A stretch of DNA of 64,000 nt from Convolutriloba macropyga. Lineage: Eukaryota. Where the stretch lies: NCBI RefSeq assembly GCF_964194025.1, contig NC_134476.1:16926001-16990000 (forward strand), in the 5' to 3' direction. The translations under genes and the position numbers were made by a program. The first letter of the stretch is position 1, and every line of letters starts with the position of its first letter. The notes under the pieces were generated by a model. The model searched no databases. It saw only the letters and a program-made list of their open reading frames with translations, and had not been told where the DNA came from. Positions 50,111-64,000 of the stretch are shown piece after piece.

Positions 50111-52181
50111 CGGATTTTGTCTTGCGATATTGTATTTATCAGCTCTTTTTGTGACAGCAGCCATTATGATTTCGCGGTGGAAAAATTGATCAACTAGACT
50201 TATTGGGTGATTCGAGGTGCGAATACAATCAATTCATTGTAGCAGAAAAATACTCTTGAAGCGCTTAGCGAGTGAAAGAGAACCGAGTAGGAACGTGAAT
50301 CGATTGAAAAATTTAGGAGAATGGATAAAATGCAGGAAGTGAAATTGAGTTTGTATGAGAGACATATTTTTGAACAGTCATTTTTTTCAGGGAAATTATG
50401 AAACAAAAATTGTTTCAGTATTTCTTAGCCGGGATAGGGAAAAACAAAAGGCAGATAAACATAAGAAAAGCTGAACAAGAACTAATTAACTGTTACATAA
50501 GATCATGCATCATATGCATAAGAACCATAATTTTGCTAGATGGTATCATTTATCACATTTCACTTTTTGGACGAGAAAGATATAGCTTGTACACTGTTTT
50601 TAATAACAGCAAAAAGTTAATACCAATATTTATTGATTTTGATTGCTCCTATTATCAGTGAGTTTTGGTTAAATTTTTTAAAATTAATATTCAATAATCG
50701 CTGTCGTTTTCATTCGCGTCCTCTGTCTGTTGGAAATATTAGAATTTGTATTCAAAATTAGGCAAAAGGTAGCTCAATATTGGGCAGTCTGTATTTGGAG
50801 AGCTCTCTAACCAATTACCATGACGGGAAACTCGTTAAGCTACAAATATATTTATATAAAATTATTGGCAGAAAACTTGATTTTTATTTAGAAGCAATAT
50901 TGCACTTAAATAGGGGAACAAATTTGTTCACAGGAATCTTCATAGGTTTTCAGTTTGATCGCCGGGGTTTTCATAGTTTTTCAAATCACTTTTAAGAATC
51001 TTGTTCAATGGTTAGATGTCTCCAGTTTTTGTTTGTAAACATGCCATAGCTTCTCCTTGACATCGTGTTTTCTCTTTGAAGACAAGATACTGCTCTTTTT
51101 AATAGTACTAAAAGTCTCTTTTGAATATATGTGGGCATGTTGGAGCTCGGTACGGTATCGTTTGAATTATTTGTCTGCATTTTTATTGGTTTAATTACTT
51201 ATCATACAAGGAAGTAACTAGCTGATACTGATATTAATTCCATTTTAATAGAGAACATGACCACCAGATGTGCCCTTAACTACAAAACAGGCCAACCTCG
51301 TTCATGATCAGATCAGAACTTTTCTTGTAAACTTCTGCAAAATTTTGTAGCGCTCAAAGTTTCTTTCTCAGTATTTTTTACAGGAAGCAAGTGTGATCTT
51401 TTCAATCCCTTCACGACTGACCTTTTGCAAAGAAGTGAAATTGTTTTAGCCACAAAGATTATTTTTTACAGGTTGATCAAAGAAAAAATTATTAATAATG
51501 ACAAATCAATTTCACGCTTGATAAGGGCACAGAATCTTATGCAAAAACCTTATAATAAGAGGTACTTAGTTTGATTGCAAAAGTGTGCAAAAGTCTTCAT
51601 AAGAATTTTCATTGCAAAATTTCTGTGGAGTTGTGTTCTACAGTTGTTTTTTTTTCGAAAAATACCAAAGCTTGTGGATGAACTTAAATTTTTTCTTTGA
51701 AAACTAGAGACGGCGCTATGATTTTGCTCTGGCGCCTATTTTTTGAATATGTCGTGTGCATCTTGGGGTTCGATACAAAGTAACATTCAATCTTTTTATG
51801 CAATTTCGCTGGTTTAATATTTTTTATCATACAAAATGCTAATCAACCAAATAGTTGATTCCATTCTCTTATGGAAATCGTAAACATAAAATATGTATCA
51901 CAGGATTAAATTACACGAAGAACTGTTTTCTCAGTTTAACTTTGCTACAGACGAGAACTAAAAGTTTTTGTCAAGTAATTGATATTTGCTTTTGTTTCCT
52001 GAAAAACTAATTTCAATTGGTGTTACTCTTGAAGACATCTCATAGCAAAGACTCGAAACTCAGAATGATTTCCACAAATTGTTTTTGTTTCATCTTTTTA
52101 GTTCGAAATCTTCCATTTCTTCATTACGCATTTGTCCGATAAAGAGTTCAAACCTGCATTCCACATTGTCTTCTCATAGTC

Positions 52182-52186
<5 letters not shown>

Positions 52187-52224
<38 letters not shown>
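52187..52224. repeat. (TC)19 microsatellite
   Basis: Read directly from the sequence. Confidence 0.98.
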
Positions 52225-52227
<3 letters not shown>

Positions 52228-53368
52228 GAATTCTCCGTTTGTTTTCTCTGTGTTTGGTGTTGGAGCGAATCAGCACTGAACCAGTCTAATGACATTCTGT
52301 TTTTTTTGGATGGGTAGTACTCTAACGCTTTACACTGGCTAGTTTTGAATTTTAAGTAATAATTACTGCTTCAAAAATAATTTACCAGATTTACTCGCGC
52401 CAACAACGTTTACTTTACATGCGATTCGAACTTCCACCTGGGTACTTGAAACATTTAATTTGCGTAGGAAGTTTTAACCACTAAACTAAATGGGCTCTGT
52501 GGTTATTACATACAACCTATCTTAAGAATAGAGAGCGTGTTTACTACTATAGTAATTACCAGTGAAAAACTACGAAATATGATATTACTCTGCGCAGACT
52601 TAATTTTGGGATATGAGTAATTTTCAGACTATACATGATAAAATATTATAGGCGACTACTGTCCACAGCATAATCATAATGAGGAAAAACTGCACATAAA
52701 TAGAATTAAAGTAATCTGGAGATGGAATGTTTCAGAACTGATTTAATTTTTTACGCTTGAAATGTGCTGGCTCAGTGCTGAAATGCTCTGAGACTCAAAT
52801 CCGGGTTGAAGAAGTTTTATTCTAACTGACATTTTGTAAACAAAGATGTGAAGAATAACATGTGTAAACGTTTGCAGAAAAGAAGTATTGCAATTAAAAT
52901 TACTTCCAGGTTTTCTCCTAATTTCAGGAAAAGAGCGTACGGAGAAAAATGTACGCATTAAACGGAAATTTAGCCGATGGTTAAGTCAATTTTGCCCAAA
53001 GTCCTTGCGCGTTTCTTTTATAAATTCATGAATTGAGAGCACTAAAAGAACATAGGACATAAAATGGTTGCTTTTTTCGGTCAACTTCTCATTTTCTCAA
53101 TCGAACTCAGATTTATCTGTTTTTAGTCAAGTCTAACTAGATGTCTTATGACTCTATCTAGATCCGATTTGTGTTGAAATAGATAAAGACTCAAAAGAAC
53201 ATTTACCATAAAATGTTAAATTTAATAATGGTAACATGTACAAAGGCGAGATAACAGGGTTCTATTTTTTACAAACTTTTTTTGATGCATCAGTTTAATA
53301 TACCCACTTTAGGATGAGATGATAAAAGCAACTCTGTACAGAAAAAAAGTAAGTTTATATTGATTGGT

Positions 53369-56300
53369 TTAAACGCAACCCGCCGAGTTATGCAAATGAC
53401 CAATGATCTTTGCTGTGTTAGGCATTTGGTGACGGTATATGAACGTTTCAACTATTCCGTCAGCAATTTCTTGGAGCTGTATTTCTGTAGCGTAGATTAA
53501 AAGAGCAGCTTTCTTTGCAAACATCGAGTGATCGTAGAGGTTAATATCGCTAGCTTGAAACAGATAATAACCTTCGAAATAGCTTTTCAGGGCTAAAAAA
53601 TGAGCATCGTTTGGTTCCAAGTCGGTCATAAGGTATACAACGTCTTTTGTTCGTTTAACACCAATTTTTTCAAGTTTCAAAACTAATTCGTTTGGTGTAA
53701 ATCGATCGAGCGCACATGTTAAGTTTTTAGACCGGATGTGAATGACTACAAATCTATTTGGCGTGTCGGCGCTGTGATTGGATAATTTGTTTTTCTCTTC
53801 AGCGAGCTGAAAGCAACGTTCTTTTACGTACTGTGCGCTTGATGTTATAAATTTCGTAAAGGGTCTTCGGAAGATAACTTTCCCAGAATATGATACATCT
53901 TTTCTTGGAAATAGAGCGAACGTTTGTTGTTTCAAAAACTTGATTCTGTACAAAGTGTGTACTGGATTCTCTGGATATTTTTTACCATATTCGACACTGA
54001 CTATGCTCAGTTTGTGGTCGGAATTGTGAACTAACTGCAGGAAGTCATCCTTTCGGACAACCCGTAGTTTGCATCGCTGCCTGGTACCCTAAACAAAGTG
54101 GATGAAGCCACTGTCCATCAGAAAGTCACAAAGTACAAAAAGTCAAGACGTCATTGATATCTACAGGGAGGATTGCGGGTTGGTTTATGATAATCAATAA
54201 TGGTTGGAACGTCAAATTCATCGCCAAATTTATGGCTTATGAACACCCGAACAAAATTCGAAGTCATTATCAGTACTGGGCAAGTCTAAAAGCAAGAGTT
54301 TCTTCTTTTTTTTTCCAGTATAGGGCATGTCTAATTACAAGTCTTACAAGTCCGACAAGTCTTGGCCAAGACTTGAATAACAGTTGTAACTTGATTCCCA
54401 AGTCAAAACCAGCTTGATTTTTGTAACGTGCCACAATTTTGAGGTTGAGTTTCGAGCTCATTTTCAACAAATGATACCAAACAGTACTGTAGGGCACCGG
54501 AAGATAACAATGGGTATTTTTAGGTAGCTATGGGGTGTTTTTAGCCGTTTTCAGCCATTACAGCGCCCTTTTGATCAGATTTTCACAAAAATAGACCCAA
54601 TTTTATGTATAATTCGGATCTTGAAGAAATTTATGTATACTCTAACCACAGAAAATCGCAAAACAATTGTGATGCTGCCCATGTTGTCAACAAAGGGCCC
54701 CTTTCTGCAGAATTATGGAAATCTGATTGATCCAGTTTTAATGGGCAGTCGAAATAAATGCCAAAATTCGATAGGGCGAAAATGGCCATAATGTGGCTAA
54801 GACAGTGCCAGATTACCAATTGGTGCAACAGCCAGTACTACCCTCTGTTATATTCGATTGTGTATTTCAGTGTATCTCTTGTAATATCAAAAATGGGCAT
54901 ATTGAAAATGGTCAGGCGAATAAAAATGGGTCAAAGTATGCATAGCTCACTGTGTGATATTTCCTCAACCAGTGGTGATCACATTTCAAAGTGATATATA
55001 CGGTTTCAAAGCTTGGAAAATAAGGGTTTCAATGAATTTTTTTCCCGCTTAATATGACCCATTATTCGAGGATTTATTTGGCGTTGTGACACAAAAATTT
55101 CCCGAAAGTTTTTGGTTTTCCCGTTAGGCTATAGCTTATAACTTCTAGCTGTGCGACTCAATCTGGATTTTTTTCAGTATGAATTTAAAATCATCTGCTG
55201 TTGCAACAATACACGAGTGAGCCTGTGTAGTATTGACTTTGCGGGGACATTAATGGTCGTGCATGATGTACCATGTGTGAACTCGGGTCGATATAAGCAG
55301 TGCTCACTTGTTGATATCTCAACCAGTGGTTCAATTTCTTTTTTTACATATTATTTTGAAGCTTAGATTTTTTCACACTGGTTTTTTTCAAGATCATTCG
55401 ACCTTTTTTTTTCAAATTCTCCGCAATTTTTGACAATTTCCCTACCATTTTTGACATTTTTGTTTAAATTTGACGTTTTGCGGACAAATTTTTACGTTTT
55501 CGTTTAATTCTAGGTTTCAAAGAACAACTTTTGCGTATTTTTTCGACAACTTTTCAGCTGATTTTGGCGTTCTCCGGAGCTTTTGTTGGCTACTTTTAAC
55601 GGTTTTCTGACCTATTTTGGAGTTTTGAAGACTTGAATTTAGATTTGCCAAGTCTTATCCAAGACATAGTTTTAGACCTGGCAAGCCTTGGCCAAGACAT
55701 GGTTTGTGGGTTTTGGACTTGCCAACTCTAAGGCAATACTTGGATTAAGACTTCGCAAAGATTTTGGCCGAGAGTTGGATTTACACTGTCAAGTATTAAA
55801 ACACAAATGGTCAGAGCTCTGAATCAGTAATCAAATGAGTCCTGTAGTTAGGCTGCCTGAGCTCTGAAATTGACTTGGCGTTTAGTCCGGGAAGTTGAAA
55901 ACTTGTCATGTGAACAAATTTGAGGCAACGGTTCTGTTCAAATCCGCAGCCATTATTCAATTCCGAAGCCATTATTTCACCAACATCAGCTAAAAGATTG
56001 CTTTGTATATCGAAGTTTCTACCTAAATTCATAAGTTCTCAATCGATAGATCTCGATAGATCCCAATGTTAAACGTCTGAAAAAACAGCTGGTTTTGATT
56101 ATTCCTTCAACGGCGCAAAAATTATAGAAATTTTAAGTGATTATGACGTGGCATTTCACTTGTCAATGAAAGGCCACAAAAATCATAAATTTACAATAAA
56201 ATTTTTGCGAGTTGTTTTTCCTTTCATACAGAAATTAAGTCAATAAAAAGTATAGCCGCTGCCAACTCAACAGAGCCACAGAGCCACCTATTGTAACTTT

Positions 56301-56617
56301 TTCGTAATAGATTAGTACATAATCATGTCTATCTTACATTTGTATACGTTATTTGATATAGAATCCTGGATGTGTCCAGTAAGTTTTTCCAGCTCCATCC
56401 ATGGTAATATCGCATATGATATGTTGCATTGGGTATGGCAGTTTCCTTGTACTTGTTCCGCATGTAATCTGCTCGCAGGGCTGGACTGAAGTCTACGATG
56501 GCTCTGTCATACTTCACAGCCAAGTCAGCCCCATCAAGGAAATCGTCTATTTTGTGCTGGAATCCCGATTTCCCTTTGTCTGAAACGATAATCGAATATT
56601 CACCTGGGTTGCCAATT
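53369..56617 (-). CDS. O-fucosyltransferase-like (GT-B) protein; exons 56338-56617 and 53369-54088, probable middle exon ~55815-56030, 5' exon(s) unresolved
   Basis: SGFQHKIDDFLDGADLAVKYDRAIV (G-x-N/Q..LA..R.LV motif), FVVIHIR and VYLMTD. Acceptors TTCAG (56618) and TTTAG (54089), donor GTAAGA (56337). Confidence 0.65.
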
Positions 56618-56639
56618 CTGAACCGTAAAAAGATCATTT

Positions 56640-57832
56640 GCCAGGCTGAGGTCTCAGACCGAAGCAAGTGTGTCCAGACCCGTCGTGCATTCAAAATTAA
56701 ATAAACTGGAATTATCGAAAAACTCGAAAGTCTGCACCTGAACGCACAAAGTTCTGGCAAACTCACGAAGGTCTGGTGAGCGCACAAAAGTCTGCATGCA
56801 CGATTCGCCAACGGAAAAGTCAAAAGATACGGAATAGTGATGAAAATGCGTAAAATTTGGCTGGAATGTGAAAAGATAAAGGGTACGGGCATCAGGTTGA
56901 GGTCTAGACCGAAAACATCTTTGATCGGAGCATCTCAGGCAAAATAACCTCTGAGCTGAGCTATCCAGACTGAAATGTCCTTTGATTAGACTATAAGGCG
57001 CTTGTAACTCCGTGTGTTCTGAAATGTGCGCTCGATTCCATCTCTTATCAGACTCATGTGCGCTCAAAAACGCTTCTAATTAAACTCAAGTGCGTTCTTA
57101 GGCGTCTTTGATCTCAGTCAGGTGCGCACGAAACAATCTGATCAGAGAAAAATTTGAAACAATAGCAAATTTTTTAATTTCACTATAAAATATTCAAATC
57201 ATTGCAGTTAACATTTTCAGTATTATAATCAACTAAGCAAAAGCCAATCTTAAGAAGATTGCTAATGAAAACCAAGTGTTGAGAAAATAAATTGATGAAC
57301 TTAGACACCTTAAAAAACGTCTTAGTTAACGTAGAATAAAAATTTTTACAAAAGGGACCAACAATTGCTAAAAACTGGATTCCTTTGTTCTTATCGCCAC
57401 CATTAAAACCTGTATGAGTCTCTGCGCAGAGATCAGAAGGCTACTGTTATGTGGCCTCTTGGCAGAAGCAACATCTCTGAGTTGAAAATCAAGAACTGGA
57501 AAAGAATGCACTCGTAGTAGTTTTTTGCGCTACAAACTATTTCTAATCAGACTAGTGTGTGCTGTAATTTGACACTTTGAAACCCTTGTCCAGCTTAAAA
57601 TGCGCTCAACGACTTTTCCGGACCAATTAAAGAGACCGCATAGGGCACAGGTGTGCACTCGAAGATAGTCCTGATCAGAGCTCTTATCAGTCTGGACACG
57701 TCGGTCTGGTGAACTCGGTCTTATCGGTCTGGTGAACGCACAAAAGTGTGTTTGTCGGAAGGTTTGGACAAAGTCACTTTTCATCTGCGACTGTCTGGAC
57801 TTACTTGCTTCCGTCTCGGACCTTAACCTGGG
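56640..57832. mobile_element. CMC/EnSpm-like element (CCCAGGTT-type TIRs) containing a nested related element from 56891
   Basis: CCAGGCTGAGGTCTCAGACCGAAGCAAGT pairs with ACTTGCTTCCGTCTCGGACCTTAACCTGGG. A second TIR TCAGGTTGAGGTC at 56892 begins sequence homologous to the Maverick-hosting element. Confidence 0.75.
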
Positions 57833-60800
57833 GTATGATAGGGTCTGGGATATGAAACCTCACGGAAAACAACACGCAAATCTGGTTTTTTCACAAAAAC
57901 CCAAAGAAAGCAGCCCCAAATTAGATAACCCCGCAAATTTTGTTGTTAAGATTTTCATCTTTTTCAAAAAAATACTTTCTTTTTTAAAACGTTGTCTAGC
58001 AGATTTTAAGCTCAAAATTTCAGTCAGGCAAAACGGCTTAGTGCAAAAACAAAGCCACCAATTAAGCCTCCAAATTCTTCCATGAGCTCCTACTAGTCGT
58101 CAATTGTGGCCCAAAACATTTAATTCATAAAATCAGATCCTGATTTATAGTTGGGTGCATTTATCGCAGAACAAAAAAGAAAGTTGGAATTTTGTAAATT
58201 ATTCATTCGGCAAGAACTATGTACAATACCTTACCGAAGCCTTGAGTTTTTTAATTTGATTTTTAGATATGCACCCTATTCTAGAGCTCGACCACTTAAA
58301 AGAATATGCTTGGCCATGCTGGACCCCAAAGAGCTCCGATAATAACTTCTCTAAACTTTATTTTTCACACCCAATTTTGACGAATACCTGTTTGACCAAA
58401 TAAGTACAGATTAAATGAAAAATATAGGAAAACTGTCTTTTCCATCTTTTTAAAAGAAAATCGCTCATTCGGTTTAGGTTAAAAGTTGTTTTGAATTTCA
58501 AAAGTTGATTTTTCCCAAAAAGTACGGTAACGCTATAAAACAGGCCAGTTCTTAAAATCACTAAAAACATCAAAATTTTCGTGCAAATCGTTTCACTTGG
58601 CAGCTTTTGCAAGACAATGTCTTCGAATCAGAACGTGTTGCTTTGTTTTTCTTGTCAACGATTTTTAGAGTACTGCAGGCGATCATTTAATCATTTTCAC
58701 GTCACGAGTTTTTACCATGAATGATTACGACACGTTCTTTTGTAGAAACTGTTTAATTTTTCTTAACTCGTTTATTTGGAAAAAGCTCCTAACTACAAAA
58801 ATTACTGTTTTCCAGGTATTATATGTTGTCCAATTTTTGCCTTTTGAAATAAGCGTCGTGACTAAGCCATCTAAATCTGAATCTTTATGAGCAAGATAAT
58901 TTTGCTATATTTTTCAAAACTAAAAGAAGACCCGTTTTTCGATTTAGATTATATAGGATTAGTATATCGCTACAAGATAAATGCTACTTATTGCTCTTGT
59001 ACCAAGATATTGAACAGGCAAGAATGCAACTCAGAATTTGCATTTAGTAATATTCTTAGGAAAAAAATTGAAGATTTTCAAAAAATACGTGACAAAAACG
59101 AATACCCCACAAAAATACGAAGTATCAGCTAATTTCCACTCAAAGTTTAATTTTAATGAACAGTTACAAGTGCGTACACTGTTTGAAAAATTCAATGGTT
59201 TTGACATATTTTCTTAAACACCCAGATCGAAAGCCCTATAATTAGGACACAAGTAAACTAGGGCTAGCAAACCTTTTTAAAACCGTCTCCATTTCAAATC
59301 GACGCCGGGTGCAGATTTATAAGACTAATAAGTGTACTTGGTTTAGTAAATTGCATTCGTGTTATACTCTTATTATACAAGTCAACCCAAGTTCATCAAA
59401 ATTTTTAATCAACGAAACTTTGTTTTTTTTATTAATCAGAAATCAGAAATGAAAAAAATATAAGACATAGTAAAAAACGCGATTTTGTCAAATAATGTGA
59501 TGATACGATAAGTAACTATTATAATTTTTGAATTATGAGGTCAACCCGGTAAAATTTCAAACCTGACCTCCTGTTCATATATAACTTTTGTGGCTTCTAG
59601 CGATTATTGCATTATGAGAAAAAGGGTCTTTGAACATTATGCGCAAGAAACTTGTCAATATGGGATTGCGGAAACTAGAAACCAATTTCATAGTCCAAAA
59701 TTGTTGAAAAACACAATTCAAGGCGTTAAGCAGCATTCTTTTATATTTATGTGAGTGATTACAGTATACACATGGGCGCTTCTGGGAGGGATAAATATTC
59801 ACGAAGAAGTGGGTAAACTTTGCCACCTTTCAATGAAGGTTATGTTGTTTTGTGTTTGACAAAAAACAACGCTTGCAGAAATTTTCTGATAGTGACAAAA
59901 ATCAAAATTTGTTAAATTAAATGCAATCAATTGTTTAGTTAACCTCAAGCATTTGAATTTGAATCGTTTGTAGGAAACACAATTTAGACGCGAAAAAATC
60001 AATCGAACTGCGCAAAACATCACATAGCATTCAGAAAAGAGGAGTAGTTTGTTTTTTTTTTTCAGTTTCAAACTTAATTTAATTTCCAGTAAGGTTTTTG
60101 CAGAACAAGATGCTTCTATATGAGAACAGTTTGATTTAAATACAATGTGCTATCAATCATCCATTCTGATGCACAAATGAAAAAAAAATTTTAAAATATA
60201 GAGTTCACATTGTTATGTGATTGAACTCGCGCGTTTTCGGTTTCTCGGCGTCTATTAACTGAAACTCTAACTTCACCCAAATTTACGTCTCCTTGAAAAT
60301 TCTTATTGATAGTACATTTGAAACTAACTGAGGTTACGTTTTCATTAGTCAACAAAGCTTTAAATCACGCGTTTTGCATGATTAAAAAAAATAATAATGT
60401 CGAAAGATTTCTATTTCAAGGAAAGAGAAAACCATTCGAACTTTTAATCCACATATATAAGTATGAATGACTACTTTCAAAAAGATGATTGAATCAGACA
60501 AACGGCGGACAAAAGCAACGTCAAATTAAGTCAAATTTAAAAGAAATAAACAAACCCCAACATTAACTCTCCCTTGATCCACTCTAAATTTACTTTGATT
60601 GATAATTGCTGAATAAAACGTTTAGGTTCATTTTTCGACGCCAACATTATCCGAAAATAAACTAATATGAAGTAGGAAAGCAGCGCTAGCGAGCTTCTTG
60701 TCGTATTGTGGGTACGCGACATACTTTTTAGTCACAAAAAATTCCCTGGCGAGTACAGAAAACTTCACAGGTTATCATGAAAACTATGTTGTTTTGTGCC

Positions 60801-61220
60801 TTTTGAAAGAAAACGGCATCAACAGAAACTTGGCAAAAATGTCAAAAAATGATGAATAACTTGACACTGTTCATAGAGTTAACTCCCATGGAAAATGAAT
60901 TATTTTAAGTAAATACAGCACTCAAACGCCAAACATCGTCAGATTAAACGCTTTTTAGTTTGGACGGAAGAATTTTCAAAATAAAAGAATGAGCTTTTAG
61001 CCGTTTGTTTTGTTGCAGAAATGAAAAAGCAACTGAGAAGGGCCTAGAAAGCACTGGAAAGTATTTTGTGTGACCAAACAGTTTTCTTATTTGAACATCA
61101 ATTCAACCATCATTTTATCAAAAAAAATTGTGGCGAACAAAACTAACACAAGTAAAGAAAAACAAACCTGAAGAAGTGAGTAAGAAAGTATGATTGTTCA
61201 TTAACCTTTGTTCAATTGTC

Positions 61221-61333
61221 GGATCTGTTTCGCCCCCCCCCCCCCCCCCCCAGCTCAGTTTGCATAAATTTTTTTACTATTTTCTTACATTGCTTACTGA
61301 GCTGGGGGGGGGGGGGGGGGACAGAATAGATCC
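61221..61333. mobile_element. Merlin-type MITE with poly-C/poly-G arms
   Basis: GGATCTGTTTCG-Cn-AGCTCAGT ... ACTGAGCT-Gn-ACAGAATAGATCC; same terminus as the 48382 copy, no TSD visible. Confidence 0.65.
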
Positions 61334-64000
61334 TTAAAAGTTATGTCTTCTTTAAAAGCTTATAATATTGACAATTGTGTCGAGAAAACTTTTATCTGAA
61401 CCGGTGCAGGGCGACAAAATATTAAAGACCGGTTTTCTCAGCTGTATGAATTTGCACAAAAATAATATCAATTTGCTTCACTAAAGCAAAACTTTTTTTC
61501 GCCTACAGTTGTTTGCATTTTGCTCCAAAACATGAAAAACAGCTAAAAAGTCCGATCGAAAGTTTGTTTATGTGTGTTTGTGCTTTTACAGTGCTACAGA
61601 AAAATTTTGGATTTTCATTGTGATTCAGAGCTAATTCAGAGAAGCATATTGTATTTTCCTCGGATGCAGAAGAAATCAGAGTGCTCTAATTCTGAATTTT
61701 GCACTGATTCAGAGGAGCCTCAAAGTCGACGGAGATGCTTTTCTTAAAACTATCTGAATCAGTACTGGAAGCTTCTCTGCAAATATTCTGTATCAGTTCG
61801 GATGCTGACTAAAATTTGATACGGGACAAAATTTTCCTAGATCCATAAAGTAACCTAACAAGGCAAGGGACATTTCGAGATTTTATAAGCTTGAACTGTT
61901 GTTTGAAGCAGCAGGGCGCATGACAGAGTTTTGTTCAGCCAAGCTCTAAATTTTTTCTCAGTTTCCCGGGTCATCGATCTTACAACTTGCTTGGATTTCG
62001 TACTAGGTCAGATATGATTCCTAGTAACCGTACTAGGTCATATATGATTTGTATGATTTCTTGATAGTCAAACAAGGATCAAACAAAAAATGAAACCTAT
62101 TCTCAAAAGGCTTCAATCGCTATATTCAAGGTTACTGATACGGAAAAATTAATCAAAGATCCATAAAGCGTAGAAAATAGATTCGTCTTATTAGCATTCA
62201 TACTAGGTCATATATGATTTGTATGAATTCTTCGTTTTCATTCAAGGATTATGCAGAACTTTCAAATAATGCATCGGTCATTTAATAACTGTAGTGGGTT
62301 TTAGAAACAACAAAAAAAATCGTATATGGAACTTCTGTGGGTAAAAAAGAAAGAAAAACGAAAAAAACATAGCAGGACAAGTCTTGAAATACAATCCAGG
62401 GAATTGAATGAAAAACAGACCTAATGTACCTGACCAGCAGACCAATTGAACAATCCCAGCCAAAAAGACGAAATCTCGAAAGTTGAGAAACTAAAAGAAT
62501 CAAACCAAACAAAAATAAACAATTATTCCTAAAACACTTGAAGCCATTAACCTGAAGGCCATTTATGACACAATGCAAGATAGTCATTAACTCACGCATA
62601 AGACTTGAAAGAGATTAATTTGACACTAAAGTTAGATAATCTCGAAAAAGACGAAAAATGCTTTAAAAAGAAATGTGAAAAATGCTTCTAATGAAAAGGA
62701 AAAATTAAAAGATATTTTTCGAAAATGTGTCTGGAAAAAATGTTCAAATTCAATTTTTCTCTGTGGAGTTCTGTCTTGCAACATTTAAAAAGTTTGGTTG
62801 GTCAAAAGCTATAGTTAAACTCAGAAAATGACAAAAAAAACCATAAAATTGGAAAACAATCAAAAAAATTTAAATTGCACGCTTCATTTAAAAAATTACC
62901 TATATTTGCAATCTAATAAAACAGAAAACTATTTTGTTACCACTAGAAACTCTGCAATGACATACTAGCAAACTCAATAGCAGCAAACCCCTGGCCACTG
63001 AGGAAAAAGACTAAAATTTCAGGAAGTCAAAGAAAAAATTACAATTTGAAAATCGTATTATTTGAAATTTGTATTATTAAAATCTTGAAACACATTACCC
63101 ATTACCACTAGAAACTATGTAGTAACCTATTATCAAAACCTAAAGGAAATGTTTTGGCTGCTCAGGTTAGAGAAACCTAAAAATTAACAATTTTCAAAAA
63201 TTTGAAAAAAAATTGGCTTATGCCTTGGCCAATAAAAATTCCGCAGTAAACTATGAGCAAATCCTAGACAAAATTTCTTGTACCCTGGAGCTGGAAAACT
63301 TGCACAATGACAATTTATGTCAGAAAATTGGAAAAAACTGCAAGTTTTATCGAAAAAATTGCTAATATTCGTGAAGTTGAAAATCATTCCATTACCTCGA
63401 AACTATGAAATAACCTATTATTTTGACACCAAGAGCTGAAACAACAAAAGAATTCAAAAAGTTTGAGAAAATTTTGAAAATTAGAATAAATTACCGTATT
63501 CATGTTTGGTGTAGCAATACATATAGCTCTAAAAATTGCCATAAAAGTAATTACGTCTTGCAAAAGACCTTTACCAACTTTTACAAACCTCAATTTCAGA
63601 CTGGTCCAACAAAAAATCCTAAAAAAGACAAAAAAAATTACATTTTGGGCTCAAAAGCTTCTGAAAATGACCTGTTAACCTTGAATTACGGCCTTTCCAG
63701 TAGCTTCACCACTCTAAGTACTTGAAGACGTACTAAACGCGGCTGAGGGCCTCTAATGAAACTTGATGCCCGCTGAGCTTTACCTGTTTATCCCGTTTTG
63801 AAAGCTCAAGGTAACGAAAAAAGTCGTGAAAACATCTTACTATATTAAAAAAAGACAGAGCACCAATACAATTCAACTCTTGGATTGTAATAAGTTCTTT
63901 GTAATTAAAGTAAGTCATATATGATTGTTAGTATGATTTCTTAGTACACATTCTAGAACCATACAGAAAAAAACAATCATAGCATTGAATTAAAAAAAAA

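Noticed and set aside
52079-52295. ORFs with SLSLSL / RERERE
   Set aside because: Microsatellite translation.
54270-55790. nested DNA elements with CAAGTCTTGGCCAAGACTTG motifs
   Set aside because: Probably real intronic MITE remnants, but boundaries and TSDs could not be fixed.
61990-64000. short repeats (TACTAGGTCATATATGATT; CCACTAGAAACT) and small ORFs
   Set aside because: Degenerate repeat debris with no definable unit or protein motif.

Overview
AT-rich eukaryotic genomic DNA, most likely from an invertebrate animal given the spliceosomal introns and eukaryotic transposon families. The window is dominated by mobile DNA. The main feature is a decayed ~16.6-kb Maverick/Polinton (adintovirus-like endogenous virus) at 22379-39013. 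It has AGTAGT-type TIRs, a degenerate 6-bp TSD, and remnants of protein-primed PolB, rve integrase, packaging ATPase, adenain-like protease, major and minor capsid proteins, a basic core protein and several accessory ORFs. It is inserted inside a ~0.94-kb CMC/EnSpm-type non-autonomous element, and a related copy at ~57 kb shows the empty site. The viral PolB appears to contain a 156-nt GT-AG spliceosomal intron. Other mobile or repetitive DNA: the 3' end of an LTR retrotransposon, a ~610-bp tandem array with a higher-order dimer, three CCCGGG-ended MITEs each carrying a tRNA-like A-box/B-box core, a decayed Merlin transposase with related MITEs, and a 190-bp spacerless palindrome. Host genes: a GT31 galactosyltransferase-like exon, a clean 3-exon DUF4291 gene, and an O-fucosyltransferase-like gene. 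All family assignments come from motif recognition by eye; no database search was run.
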